From contig OX597832.1 of the NCBI GenBank assembly GCA_951406725.2, positions 28,272,001 to 28,336,000 on the forward strand: a DNA stretch of 64,000 bases, read 5' to 3'. Positions within the stretch are counted from its first letter, which is position 1; the number at the start of each line of letters is the position of its first letter. Position numbers and translations under genes: made by a program. Positions 14,607 through 28,504 of the stretch are shown here, piece after piece. The notes beneath the pieces were generated by a model, which worked only from the letters and a program-made list of their open reading frames with translations, did not search any database and had not been told where the DNA came from. This DNA comes from Octopus vulgaris. Lineage: Eukaryota.

Positions 14607-15826
14607 AAAAGGCTTGCCCGTTAATAAGAGTTGTGACTCACCCATTTCCAGGTATTCGTAGAACATTCCCAGTTGATTCGCCTCTGTCATCAGAAAGTCC
14701 ACTTCCCATCGTTTCGCCGATTCCTTGTCGTCGATGTCGTCGTCGTCGTCGTCGTCATCACCTTCCTCCACATCTTTGACGCGGTTGTAATGGACTTTAC
14801 ACCAGTTTTGTAGCTTCCTGGTCGGTGGAACCGGTTTAGGGTGAAGGCCATGGTGGCACGACGTCAAGATGATGGTGTCGGAGACGAAGGGGGGCAGCAA
14901 GGGAAGGAGACAAAACAAAAAGTTTATTTGAAACTAGCAGTATCGCCCGGCGTTGCTCGGGTTTGTAAGGGAAATAAATATATAAGCATTTTTAGAGAGT
15001 TATAGCCAAAAAATTAGCAAAAAAATGCATTAAAAATGGAAAAAAAATTATGGTAATTTTTTTAAAAAGTCGTTGACTCATCGTAGACATTTTTAGAGAG
15101 TTACTTCCCTTATATAATAGCGAAAAAATGCATTAAAATGAAAAAAATGATGGTAAATTTTTTTTTAAATCGTAGACTCATCGTAGACATTTTTAGAGAG
15201 TTACTTCCCTTATATAATAGCGAAAAAATGCATTAAAATGAAAAAAATGATTTTTTTAAAAATCGTAGACTCATCGTAGACGCGCGCTAATACCCAGAAG
15301 GGCTCGATATGAATCACGACTATAAGATACCCGGTTTTGGTTAAACTGCACCGCAAAATGTGGGAGTAGTTAGGAATCTAAATCGTAGGAGACAGACACT
15401 CACACAACTTCACTTTTATATATAAAGATAATAACAACAACAGCAACAACAATAAAAACGGTTTCAAATTTTAACACAAGGCCAGCAATTTTTAGGAGGT
15501 GGTAAGTGGATTAGATCGATCCCAGGGCTTAACTGGTTCTTATTTTATCAACCCCAAAAGGAAGGAAAGGTAGAGTTGGCTTTGGTTGAATACTAATGAT
15601 GATAATGGATTCAAATTTTGCTACAAGGCCAGCAATTTTGGGGAAGGGGGTAAGTTGATTACATCACCCCCCCCCCCCCAGTGTTTCACTGGTACTCAAT
15701 TTATCGACCTTGAAAGGATGAGAGGCAAAGTTGACCTTGGTGAAATTTGAACTCAGAATATGAAGGTAAATGAAATGCCACTAAGCTTTTTTCCCGGTGT
15801 GCTAATGATTCTGCCAACTTGCAGAC

Positions 15827-15871
<45 letters not shown>

Positions 15872-18800
15872 GTGGACCACCTAATCTCTGGATGTAAAGT
15901 CTTAGCACCAGTGGAGTATAAATTAAGACATGACAGATTTGGCCAATATCTACACTGGCTAATAAGTCGGCATTACAATATCAAAACTGCCGACAAGTGG
16001 TATAATCACCACCCTGAAGCTGTAACTGAAGGAGAAAATTTAACGATTCTGTGGGACTTTCCAGTACATACAGACCGAACCATCAAGGCCAATAAACCAG
16101 ATATTGTTGTGAAAGACCAAAACAATACAGTTTGCTTATTGATCGACATGAGCATCCCCTGTGATCATAATATCTCAGCGAAAGAGTTTGACAAGCTCAG
16201 AAAATATAAAGACCTACTCATTGAAATTGAGAAAATGTGGCATCTCAAGGCGGTTACAATACCAGTGATCGTAGGAGCACTAGGAATGATCAAGAAGGGA
16301 ACCGAAAATTATATGAGAATGATCCTTGGCTTACCATCCCTGCAAGAAGTGCAAAAGATTGTCTTAACTGGTACATCACACGTATTGAAAAGAGCATTGT
16401 CGATGTGAAAACTAATACTACCCATGTATTTTAATTTAACTTTATTTCTATCACAAAAAAACCCAAAAAAAAACGAACTAGTGAGTTTAGTTTAATGGCC
16501 TACCAATGTATACTATGAGTTTCTTTGCCCTAGGAGTCGGGAAGACACTCGGCAAGAAATGGAAGCAAATTTGAAAGAAGAAGAAAAACCCATAAATAAT
16601 AATAATTATAATAATAAGGGTAATAAAACTGTTCAAAATTTAAAAAATAAAGTGGTGGTGGTGGTGGTGGTGATAAAGTGAGGAGGAAAGTAAATGTAAA
16701 TTCTGGCCACAGCTCGGCTTGTATTCTAGATTCAATGTTTCATGACATAAAATTACAAAGTTATCTCCCCTGCTACTTTTGTTTTAATTTAGAAAATGAT
16801 TCGTTGATGGAGGAATTTGGACTCGAATTTATTGGCTTCTAACTGTTTGCTGGCGTCTATTTTACTGTTAATTTCTCATGCAGCAGGTGTAGGTAGGCAG
16901 CTAATTATTAATTAAATTTTATTAGGTCACAAGAGTAAGCATGGCTGAGTAGTTACGAAGTCTATTTTGAAAGCCCATGGCTGTATGTTCCATGACAATA
17001 TGTGACCACCTCTGGAAAATCTCTTCTGCATCAACTTGGGTTGACCAGTGGTCAGCCTCACAGGCCACAAAACCCATTGTGCATGCGTGTGTGTGTGTGT
17101 GTGCGTTCTTTTCTTTGCACAATATCACTTGACAACCGGTGTTTGTTTGTTTATGTCCCCCATAACATAGCTATTCAACAAAAAGACTGATAAGATACCA
17201 GACTGAAAAACAAATAAGCTCAGCGGTAGATTCGACTGAGTAATTCTTTCGAGAAGTGCCCCAGCATGGCCACAATTAAATGACTGACACCAGTAAGAGA
17301 GTTAATCATGATACTCAGAGTTCGGTCACAAATTCTCGTACATTCTTCCTCCTCTTACTCAAAGATCTTCTCATAATGGTTTAAACTATAGCTTTACTGA
17401 GGAGGTTGCATAAGGTGAAAACCTGTCTGGAGTTATCCCACCATTGCTAATGATAAAACCTATGTCCCCCCACACACCAATTTATCCCATATTTCATTTC
17501 AATTAAAATTTAATGGGTTATTTGCTTTTTGGCTTTTACATGATTCACTCATTAGACTGTGGCCATGCTGAGGCATCACCTTAAAGCACTTTTAGTCCAA
17601 TGAAACGACCACCCCCCAGTACGTTTTTTACACCTGGTACTTATTATATTCGTCTCTTTTGCCAAACTGCTAAGTTATGGGGACATAATCAAACCAACAG
17701 AAGTGGGAGACAAACACACACACACACACAGATATATATATGACAGGCTTCCTTTCAGTTTCCATATATCAAATCTACTCTCAAGGCTTTGGTCAGCTAT
17801 GACAGGAGAGACTTGCCCAAGGTGCCATGCAGTGGGACTGAACCCAGAACCATGTGGTTTGGAAGCAAACTTCTTACCAGACACCTGCACCTGTTACTGA
17901 CCACCACTCCTATCTCAGAGTCCATCTGTAAACCCCTATGCCCACCCCCCACTCCTAACAGATGTCAAACCCAGAAGAAGAGAGATGATGATGATGATGA
18001 TGATACTCACGGCAAAAGCAGTTCCACGAAATTGTTGAAAGCTTGTTTTCCTACCATGACCACTCCTAGTTGAATACATAACTCAACAAGACAGCCAGAT
18101 GGATTGCACTGGGAGGAAGAGAGAGAGAGAGAAAGAGGTAATGAGTGTGTTGAGGGAGAGAGAGAGAGAACGAGAGGGAACGAGAGAGAGAGGATGGGGG
18201 AATGAGAGAGAAAGAGAATGAGAGGGAAAAAGAGAGGGGAAATGAGAGACAGAGAGAATAAGAGGGAGAGAGAGAGAATGAGAGGGAATGAGAGAGAGAG
18301 AGAGAGAATGAGAGGGAGAGAGAAAATTGAAGGGGAATGAGTGTATTGAGGGGGAGAGAGAGAGAGAAGGAGAGAGAGAAAGGGAGAAAGAGAGAAATTG
18401 AGTGTATTGAGAGAGTGTGTGTATATGTGTGTGTGTGTGTATATGAATGTGTCTGTGTGTGTGATTCTGTGTGTGTGTGTGTGTGTGTGTGAGTGTATCT
18501 GTGTGTATCTAAATGTGTCTGTGTGTGTGATTTTGTGTGTATGTCTGTGTGTGTGTATTGCTTCTGTGTATGTGTATGTGTGTGTTGCTTGTTTGCATCC
18601 ATGTATATGTGTGTGTTTATGCCAACATTTATGTGTGTGTGTGACATTATGTTTGAAGTCGAGCGTAGCAACAACACAGCAATAACATTTTATGATATAC
18701 AATTACCAAACTGCAAACAAAGTGGAATATAATTAAAGACATGAATTAATAATTAAAGAGGAATACCCAGGTCGTTAAACTGTGCGTGTATAATTAAAGT

Positions 18801-20643
18801 GGTGTGTATATAATTAGGTGGTGCGTATATACACAGCTGATTGAAGAGGAATAAAGTTAAAGCAGCAGGGAGAGGAGAAGAGGGAGGGGAAGAGACAGGA
18901 GGTTGTGGTTATTTAACCACAGGTTGATTCTCAGTGAGAAAACCTATAGCCAGAGACATTCCAAGATGACCATCTTGTCCTTGTCTCAGGTATTGTGTAT
19001 CTAAAACTACCTTATTTCTTTACTGCCCACAAGGGGCTAAACATAGAGGGGACAAACAAGGACAGACAAATGGATTAAGTCGATTATATCGACCCCAGTG
19101 CGTAACTGGTACTTATTTAATCGACCCTGAAAGGATGAAAGGCAAAGTCGACCTCGGCGGAATTTGAACCTAGAACGTAGTGGTAGACGAAATACCTATT
19201 TCTTTACTACCCACAGGGGGCTAAACACAGAGGAGACAAACAAGGACAGACAAACAGATTAAGTCGATTACATCGCCCCCAGTGCATAACTGGTACTAAT
19301 TTAATCGACCCCGAAAGGATGAAAGGCAAAGTTGACTTCGGCGGAATTTGAACTCAGAACATAAAGACGGACAAAATACTGCTAAGCATTTCGCCTGGCG
19401 TGCTAATGTTTCTGCCAGCTCGCTCACCTAAAACTATCTTATTGCTGGTGTGTCGGTCTTCTTAAGAAGGTAGAATCATTAGTGTAGCCAGAGTGTGTGC
19501 CGTCCTGGGTGGCCTTGCCGTCTGTAGTCCCCAGACCCCACAAAAACCATATTGCCTACAGCAGACCCAAAAGTGTTGCCTAAGGTGGACCACCCCTACC
19601 GCCCCATTGTAGCTACGCTAGTGGATTGAGTGTGATGTGAGAGAGGTTTGTCTGCTATTTCTAGCATATGAAGTGACCACATAGAGGATCATCATCGTCT
19701 TGTGACTACAAATTGTAAGTAATTAGTAATTATTTAAATTATTGGTGCATACTAATTAAATTTGGTTTCATCACCATCATTGGAGGTCAGAGTAATATAT
19801 TTAGGTTACTGGGGAAGAGTAGGGAGTGTCAGAAATAATGATTTATTGTAGAATATCACCATGCAACAGCCGAGAATAAACTGTAGGATATCTTATAAGG
19901 ATATTCTATTGTAAAATAAAATATCAGGCACTAAAGTAGGATAGAGCAGAAGAAAGTTGAATATCGTGGGGGAAAATGGAATATTGTGTAGTAAAATAGG
20001 ATTTAGAACAGTAAAAATAGGATACAGGAAATTAAAATAGGGTAACTTAGAGTGAATAGAATATAGCACTGTAAAATAGGATAAAGCTCAGGAAGATGGG
20101 TTTGATAAAAAAGGAAAGAATATGTAGAAAGTGGGTGGGTGGTGTTGGTTCCTTTTTTCCTGTTTTGTATTGGGGTTTAAAATTTGAGGTGGGTATAATG
20201 CATGTGTATATATGTATATATATATATATATATATTCTTTTATTCTTTTACTTGTTTCAGTCATTTGACTGCGGCCATGCTGGAGCACTGCCTTTAGGCG
20301 AACAAATTGACCCCTGGACTTAGTCTTTATAAGCCTGGTGCTTATTCTATCAGTCTCTTTTGCCAAACTGCTAAGTTACGGGGACGTAAACACAGCAACA
20401 TCTGTTGTCAAGTGATGGTGGGTACAAACACACGCACAACAATACATATATGTATATACGCATATATATATATGTACATACACATACATATATATGCGTA
20501 TATTTATATATATATATATATATGCATATATACGATGGGCCTCTTTCGGTTTCAGTGTTTGCCCAAGCAGTCATGTAGTGGGACTGAACCCGGAACCATG
20601 TGGTTCGGAAGCAAGCTTCTTACCACACAGCGACCCTTGTGCC

Positions 20644-20685
<42 letters not shown>

Positions 20686-22753
20686 CAACACACACACACA
20701 CATATATACATACATACACACATGTATGTGTATGTGTGTGTATGCATATGTTTCCTTCTCTGTAATATCTTAAGCTTTAAATATTCCACCAAAGTATTTT
20801 GCTAATTTTAGAATCCAAGAAGAAACAAATAAATAAATAAATAAATAACTGCAGAAATCTCAGGAGTCTTTGATTCTTTATATTCCAAATATCAGATTTC
20901 TTCCTGAATGATTCACCATATTTATCATTCAATTTCGTAGGAACCATCCTTGTTTACCATTTCCTGCTGCTTCACAGACAGCATATTGGGGAGATTAATT
21001 GGCACCCTTTTTCTCCTCCCTCCTACCCCACCCCACCCCAATTCTTAGTTAATGTTTTTTAATTAAAATCTCTTCCATAATTATACTCTGCCAAGATAGT
21101 GAAATATTAATTACATTACAACATGTAAATTAGTTCTGGTCTTTTCTTTAATAAAATTTATTTACAGCTTTGCATTGAGAAGGATTTAGGGTCTACAACA
21201 GCTGTTCTCAACCGTGGCCCCCAGGGCCGCATGTGACCTTCAAGAATCTTTTAGCTGCCCCTTATGGTCTTCTTTCTAAAAATGTGGTAAATTTTTCTTT
21301 AAATGACTTGTTTTACTTTTCTTTGGTGCAGGGCCCCTAAATCGACCCTTAACAGATGACAGGGCCGATCAGAAGATTGAATTGGTTCCTTCAATTTCCT
21401 CCAAGAATATATTTAGTTTTAGACATGTAAATGGTTGTTCCTTTGCTCTTGTATTCTTTTACTTGTTTAAGTCATTTGACTGTGGCCATGCTGGAGCACC
21501 ACCTTTGGTCGAACAAATCAATCCCCGGACTTATTCTTTATAAGCCTAGTACTTATTTCTTTACTACCCACAAGGGGCTAAACACAGAGAGGACAAACAA
21601 GGACAGACAAACGGATTAAGTCGATTATAACGACCCCAGTGCATAACTGGTACTTAATTTATCGACCCCGAAAGAATGAAAGGCAAAGTCGACCTCGGCG
21701 GAATTTGAACTCAGAACGTAACGGCAGACAAAATACGGCTACGCATTTTGCCCAGCGTGCTAACGTTTCTGCCAGCTCGCCACCTTCTATCAGTGTCTTT
21801 TGCCGAACTGCTAAGTTATGGGGATGTAAATACACCAACATTGGTTATCAAGCGATGGTAGGGGGACAAGCATGGACTCACAAACATATACATACATATA
21901 TATATAAACTAGCAGTATCGCCCGGCGTTGCTCGGGTTTGTAAGGGAAATAACTATATAAGCATTTTTAGAGAGTTACTTCCCTTATAAATTCGGGCTTT
22001 CTTAGCCATTTTTGTTTTGGTGTCTTCAAGCCATGAAGTCGTTGTTCTAAAAGAACGCTGGTTTCCTTCACAACGCATTACGACGTTGATTTCTTTACAC
22101 TCCCTTCCCCACAGCTTCACGAGGGAGGGAAGGGGGAGAAGCAAACAGGTGCAGCTGTGAGCGTGGATGCCAACTCCGCCGCCATCGACACACGATGCAT
22201 TTTATGCATTAAAATGGAATAAAAAATGATGTTAAATTATTTTTTAAATCGTAGACTCATCGTTGACGCGCGCTAATAGTCAGACGGGCTCGATATGAAT
22301 CACAACTATAAGATACCCGAATTTGGTTAAACTGCACCGCAAAATGTGGGAGGAGTTACGAATCTAAATCGAAGGGGACAGACACTCACACAACTAGAGT
22401 TTTATATATATAGATATGTGTATGAGAGAGAGAAAGGAAACATGTTTATGTCTGTATGAGAGAGAAAGAGAGAGGGGGAGAGAGAGAAAGAGAGGAGCTA
22501 TTAACAGCCTGTACAGAAGGATGCGGTTTTACCGTGCCCCTGGCCAGTTCAGTAAACCCAGCAAATTGTTCTATGCTTACCTCTTCGAGCCTTTCATTGT
22601 TAAGATAGATGTAGTTGTTTGGTGACCCAACGATTCTGTAAAAAACGGTAAATGGCATCAGTGAAGATATTGAAGGAATCTTGGTTGAGAAATGCAAAGT
22701 TCAAACAGAGACACTTGGGGAGAGGGGGAGTGAGGGGGGAGTAGAATTACAAG

Positions 22754-22788
<35 letters not shown>

Positions 22789-23127
22789 TCACACATCATA
22801 TATAAAAATTTTCACCATTTAATAACAATGTTTCAAGCTGGCAAGGTTTGGATGGTTTCACAGGATCTGATGGGTTCAAAGACATGTGTGTGTGTATGTG
22901 TGTGTGTGTGTGTATGTGTGTGTGTGTGTGTATGTGTGTGTGTGTGTGTATGTGTGTGTGTGTGTGTATGTGTGTGTGAGAGAGAGAGATAGTGTGTGTG
23001 TGTCAGCCTAGAACTTATTCTATCGGTTTCTTTGCCAAACGGCTAAGTTACTAGGATGTAAACACACCAGCATTAGTTGTCAAACGATGTTGGGGGAGTG
23101 GGACACTAACACAGACACACAAACATG

Positions 23128-23178
<51 letters not shown>

Positions 23179-23958
23179 GATGGGCTTCTTTCAGTTTCCT
23201 TCTACCAAATCCACTCACAAGGCTTTGGTTGGCCTGAGGCTACAGTAGACACTTGCCCAAGATGCCATGCAGTGGGACTGGACCCAGCACCATGTGGTTG
23301 TTAAGCAAACCACTTACCACACATCCACACGTGTGCCTTATAATATATAATATATATAAAGGAAGTACTACAGCAATGCAAACAGTTCAGACATGAAGAA
23401 CTCAATACAGGGTTAAGGAAGAGAATATGTCTTGTGAAGCTGAAATTCCATGAATTCCATTTGTTTCAGGGTTTTATTGATTTCCAATCCATAAATATTT
23501 TGTAGGACAATAAATTCAAACAAACAACCAACTCACACTATGACAAACCTATCCAACCCATCTCAATAAAGAAAGCTGACGTAGTTACTTGACAGGCACA
23601 AATGCAACAGGAGAATCAGGGAAGTTTTATTACCAGTTATATACTGGGGTTAATTGAAGTAATTCTTGGAAACGTTTGTATTGAACCAAATTTAGAAAAA
23701 AAGAAAAAAAACTGTTCTTGAATTAATATCTTTGGAAAAGTATGGACACTACAATGCGGACAGAGAGAAGGGGACACACAGACACTTACCTTCCTTTAAA
23801 AAATGCGATGTAGAATATGGAAGAATAATAATTAACAAATTGGAAAAGGAACATTTTAAGGGTGAATCCATCTTCCCATTCTGTCTGAGTCCTGTGCTTC
23901 TCTGAAACATAATAATAATAATAATGACAATAATAATAATAATAATAATAATAATGAC

Positions 23959-24005
<47 letters not shown>

Positions 24006-24267
24006 CAATAATAATAATAATAATAATATTAATGATAATAATAATAATAGTAATAATAATGTATTCTACTATAAGCACAAGGCCTGGGGGGGAGGGAGGC
24101 AGTCGATCACATTGACCCCATTACTTAACTGGTACTTGATTTATCAACCCCAGGAGGATGAAAGGCAAAGACGACCTTGGCAGAATTTGAACTCAGAACG
24201 AAGTGACAGATGAAATACTGCCAAGCATTTTGCCTGGTGTGCTAACGATTCTGCCATCTTGCCACCT

Positions 24268-24328
<61 letters not shown>

Positions 24329-24586
24329 TAATAGTAATAGTAATAATAATAATAATAATAATAATCTTTTCTACTCGAGGCACAAGGCCCAAAATTTTTG
24401 GGGAGGGGGCCAGTCAATTAGATTGACCCCAGTATGCAACAGGTACTTAATTTATCGACCCCGAAAGTATGAAAGCAAAGTCGACCTCGGCAGAATTTGA
24501 ACTCAGAACATAAAGACAGATGAAGTACCACTAAGCATTTCGCCCAGCGTGCTAATGATTGTGCCAGCTTGCTGCCTTTAATAATG

Positions 24587-24625
<39 letters not shown>

Positions 24626-27600
24626 TTAATAATACTTTTTAAGATAGGCACAGACTACAAATTTTAGGAGATCAGGTGATTATATGAACTGCAGTACTTG
24701 ACTGGTCCTTTATTTGATCTACCAACATCAGAAAGAAGAGCTGAGAACATGAAACGATCTAACTAAATGCAAAGACATTTTATTGGGTGCTCTACTGGTT
24801 CTGCAAACCAACCTCATCAATAACAACAACAATAAATGTTCTTATAAAAAACAAAACCATTCCAAGCAGTGATGTTCCTTTCAAACATGTCTTCCCTGCC
24901 AAATATTCTTCCTTGATTTCGAATATTTCCAAATTTTAGCCTCATCCTCGTCCAATGTCCACTTCTAAAACGAATGTCCCACACTACATAGGCTATAGGC
25001 ATGCACCATGACCCCCGTGCCTCAACAAAACAGAGATAAACATCTTACCTAGTTCAGTTAAACAGTAAGCGAGTTTGGTGTAAAGCTGAAATGAGAAATT
25101 TCACAAAAAAGAAACGGTTAATAGAGAAAGGATTTATGGGTGGTGGTGGTGGTGGTGGTGGTGGTGTGTGTGTATGAGTGTGTGTATGTGATGGATGGTA
25201 GTGGTGGTGTGTGTGTGTGTGGTATATGAGAGCAGTGGTGGTACTGATGGTGTTGGTAGTGGTGGTGGCATGTGGTGGTGGTAGTGGTCTGGTGGTGGTA
25301 GTGATGTGTGGTAGATGACAGCAGTGGTGGTGCTGATGGTGGTGGTGGTGGTGATGGTAGTGGTAGTGGTCTGGTGGTGGTGGTGGTGGCATGTGGTGGT
25401 GGTGATGGTGGTGGTAGTGGTGTGTGTGTGCATATGTGTGTGTGTGTATGAGTGGATGTGATAGATGGTAGTGATGGTGGTGGTGGTGGTGTGTGTGTGT
25501 ATGTGGTAGATGACAGCAGCAGTGGTGGATGATAGCAGTGGTGGTGGTGGGGGATGGTACAAGTTGTGGTGGTCCGATGGTGGTGATGGTGGCAGTAGTG
25601 GTGTGTGTGATGTGATGGTGGTGGTAGTGGGTGTGTGTGTGTGTGGTAGTAGGGGAGATTGTGCATGTATGTGTGATAGTAGTGGTGTGTGTGTGTGTGA
25701 TGGATGGTAGTAGGGGTAGTGCAATGTGTTGGTGTGGTGTGTGTATAAGTGTGTGTATGTGCACGGTGGTGGTGCGGGATGATGGTGGTTGTGACATAGT
25801 TGCTAGTGGTGGTGTAGAAGGATGTGTGTAGCGTATGACAGTGGTGGTGGTAGTCGTGTGTGTATACATACATGTGTGTGCATATAGGTGTGTGTGTGTA
25901 TGTTATTTTAATCTTTTGCATGTTTCAATCATTGGACTGCAGCCATTTCCCCCAATTAGCCAATGTCACTCACTGACAATATTTCATATTTTGGCAGAAC
26001 AAAATGTCTGACTGATATAAAGTGCCAAATATTTATTGATTGAATGTCTGTGAAGGTTTGGCATCATTTCTTGAAATATGGCACCAGAGACCCCCCCCCA
26101 AAAAAAAAAACCCCCAAAAACCCCCCAAAAAACAACACTGATATTTTTGTTTTTGGAATATGGGAAATGGTAAGGGAAAAATATTATAGAGAATCAGCAG
26201 ATGTCTGTGCAGTTAATCTCTGGCATCAATATTGGTCAAGGGAAAGGACAAAGGCTGGTATGGGTCGGTACCAGTGTCCTCACAGGACAACCTAGAACAT
26301 AAAAAAACAACAAACCGCACAAGGGTTTTGATCAAATGTTTTTTTTCGAATGATTTTATTTAACTACAGGCTTTGACTGGTACGTTTTCCATCAACCCCT
26401 GAACAATGAAAGTAGATTTGACCTTTGCAGCGTTTGAACTCAAAACATGAAGATTTGTGAAAAACAGAAGTGGCTGTGTGGTAAGTAGCTTGCTTACCAA
26501 CCACATGGTTCTGGGTTCAGTCCCACTGCATGGCATCTTGGGCAAGTGTCTTCAACTATAGCCTCGGGCCGACCAAAGCCTTGTGAGTGGATTTGGTAGA
26601 CGGAAACTGAAAGAAGCCCTTCGTATATATGTATATATATACATATATATATATGTATGTATGTGTGTGTGTGTGGGGCGGGGACTAGTCAATTGCATCA
26701 ACCCCAGTATTTGACTGGTATTTCAATGACCCCTGAAGGGATGAAAAGTAAAGTTGCACCCAGCAGAATTTGAACTCAGAACGTAATGATGACAGGAATG
26801 CTGCTAAACATTTTGTCTGCTGTGCTAAGGATTCTGCCAGTTCCCCACCTTCATTAAAAAGGGTAAAGGGCAAAGACCCCCTTCGGCCATGAATGACCAG
26901 GGGGTTGCACCTAGAAAGTTACCCTCTGAGGCACAAGTCTGGGCAAGGTTGTTTATGGAAGACCAGCAGTCGCCCATTCATACCAGCCTCCCCCTCTCCA
27001 TGCCATTATATGTACATGGAGTAAAGTGTAAAAACCCCCTTTGGCCACGAATGACCATGGGATTGCACCTAGAAAGTTTCCCTCCGAGACACAAGTCCAG
27101 GCAAGGTTGTTGTTTATGGAAGACCAGCAGTCGCCCATGCATACCAAACCCCACTCTCCATGCCACTGGTGTTACCCAAGAGAAAGGCAAAGGGGCCGAT
27201 ACAGCTTGGCAGCAGTGATGTCGCAACTCATTTCTACAGCTGAGTGAACTGGAGCAACATGAAAAATAAAGTGTCTTGCTCAAGAACACAACACACAGCC
27301 CGGTCTGGGAATCGAACTCACTACCTCATGATTGTGACCCTGATGCTCTGACCACTGGGCCATGCACCTTTACCTTGCCACCTTCATTAATAACAACAGC
27401 AGCAGAATTTGTGAAAGACAGACTTACCATATTCAGAAGAAGAATGACGACCAAGTTAATTAACGATGCCGACACAGATGTGACAATGGAGGCTTGTTCT
27501 TTGATGTGCTCTTGTTTGGCAAACACCGCAATTATGACGATACGGTAAACGATGACACCAACAACAGCTCCAACAACAAGGCATAACTGGAAACAGAGAA

Positions 27601-27724
27601 AATATAGAATTTTAGAGCGAGAAGGTGTGTATAGGGTGGGGTGAGGTGAGTGTAAGGTGAATGTATGGTGTGTGTGTGCATGTGTGTGTGTGTGTGTGTG
27701 CATGTGTGTGTGCATGTGTGTGTG

Positions 27725-27762
<38 letters not shown>

Positions 27763-28465
27763 TGTGTCTCATATTAAAGGGTTGAGTCATAGTATGGCAG
27801 AGGGTTAGTGATAGGTTACTATAGGGTCACACTACAGTTCTATAATTGTCGTATAAAAAGATTAAAAACTACTGCATTGTATAGAGTTAATGAAGGGTTA
27901 CTACAAGGGTCAGTTGAAAAGTTCATAGGCTGACCAAGGTAGCACCAAGACCTGCAGTTAAGTTCTGATCTTTGTGAATATTAAAATATCTTTTGAGGCC
28001 TCCGTTAGATTTGCAGACCTTATGGCATATAAAACATTGAAAGGTGTGTACAGACATATAGGTAGAATAGTTGGTGGAGGTTCGCTTTTCAAACTGAAGT
28101 CCTTCTTGAGTGACCTATTTTTCGAGTTAATACAAAATTACAGAGAGTATTTATGGAATTTTGATTGGCCAAAAGTCAGGTGACTTTTGGCCAACCCTGT
28201 ATATATAATTTGTTCCCAGATTTCACCCTCCATAAATCCTAAATTTTATTTTAGAATTTACGGGAGCAACTGTCTTTGAAAACTCATATTGTCGTTGAAT
28301 GCTGGAAATGAGGAGTAGATAGACAGCCGACAACTGATGAAGGGTCCTTTCCCTGTGTTTACTTCTGTTTTCCATTTTTTTCTCGTTGTTTATGTATTTA
28401 ACTCCTTTGTTTTCATATTTCATGTTATTTACACCATTGGTGACATCTTGCACCTAATTATACAT

Positions 28466-28504
<39 letters not shown>

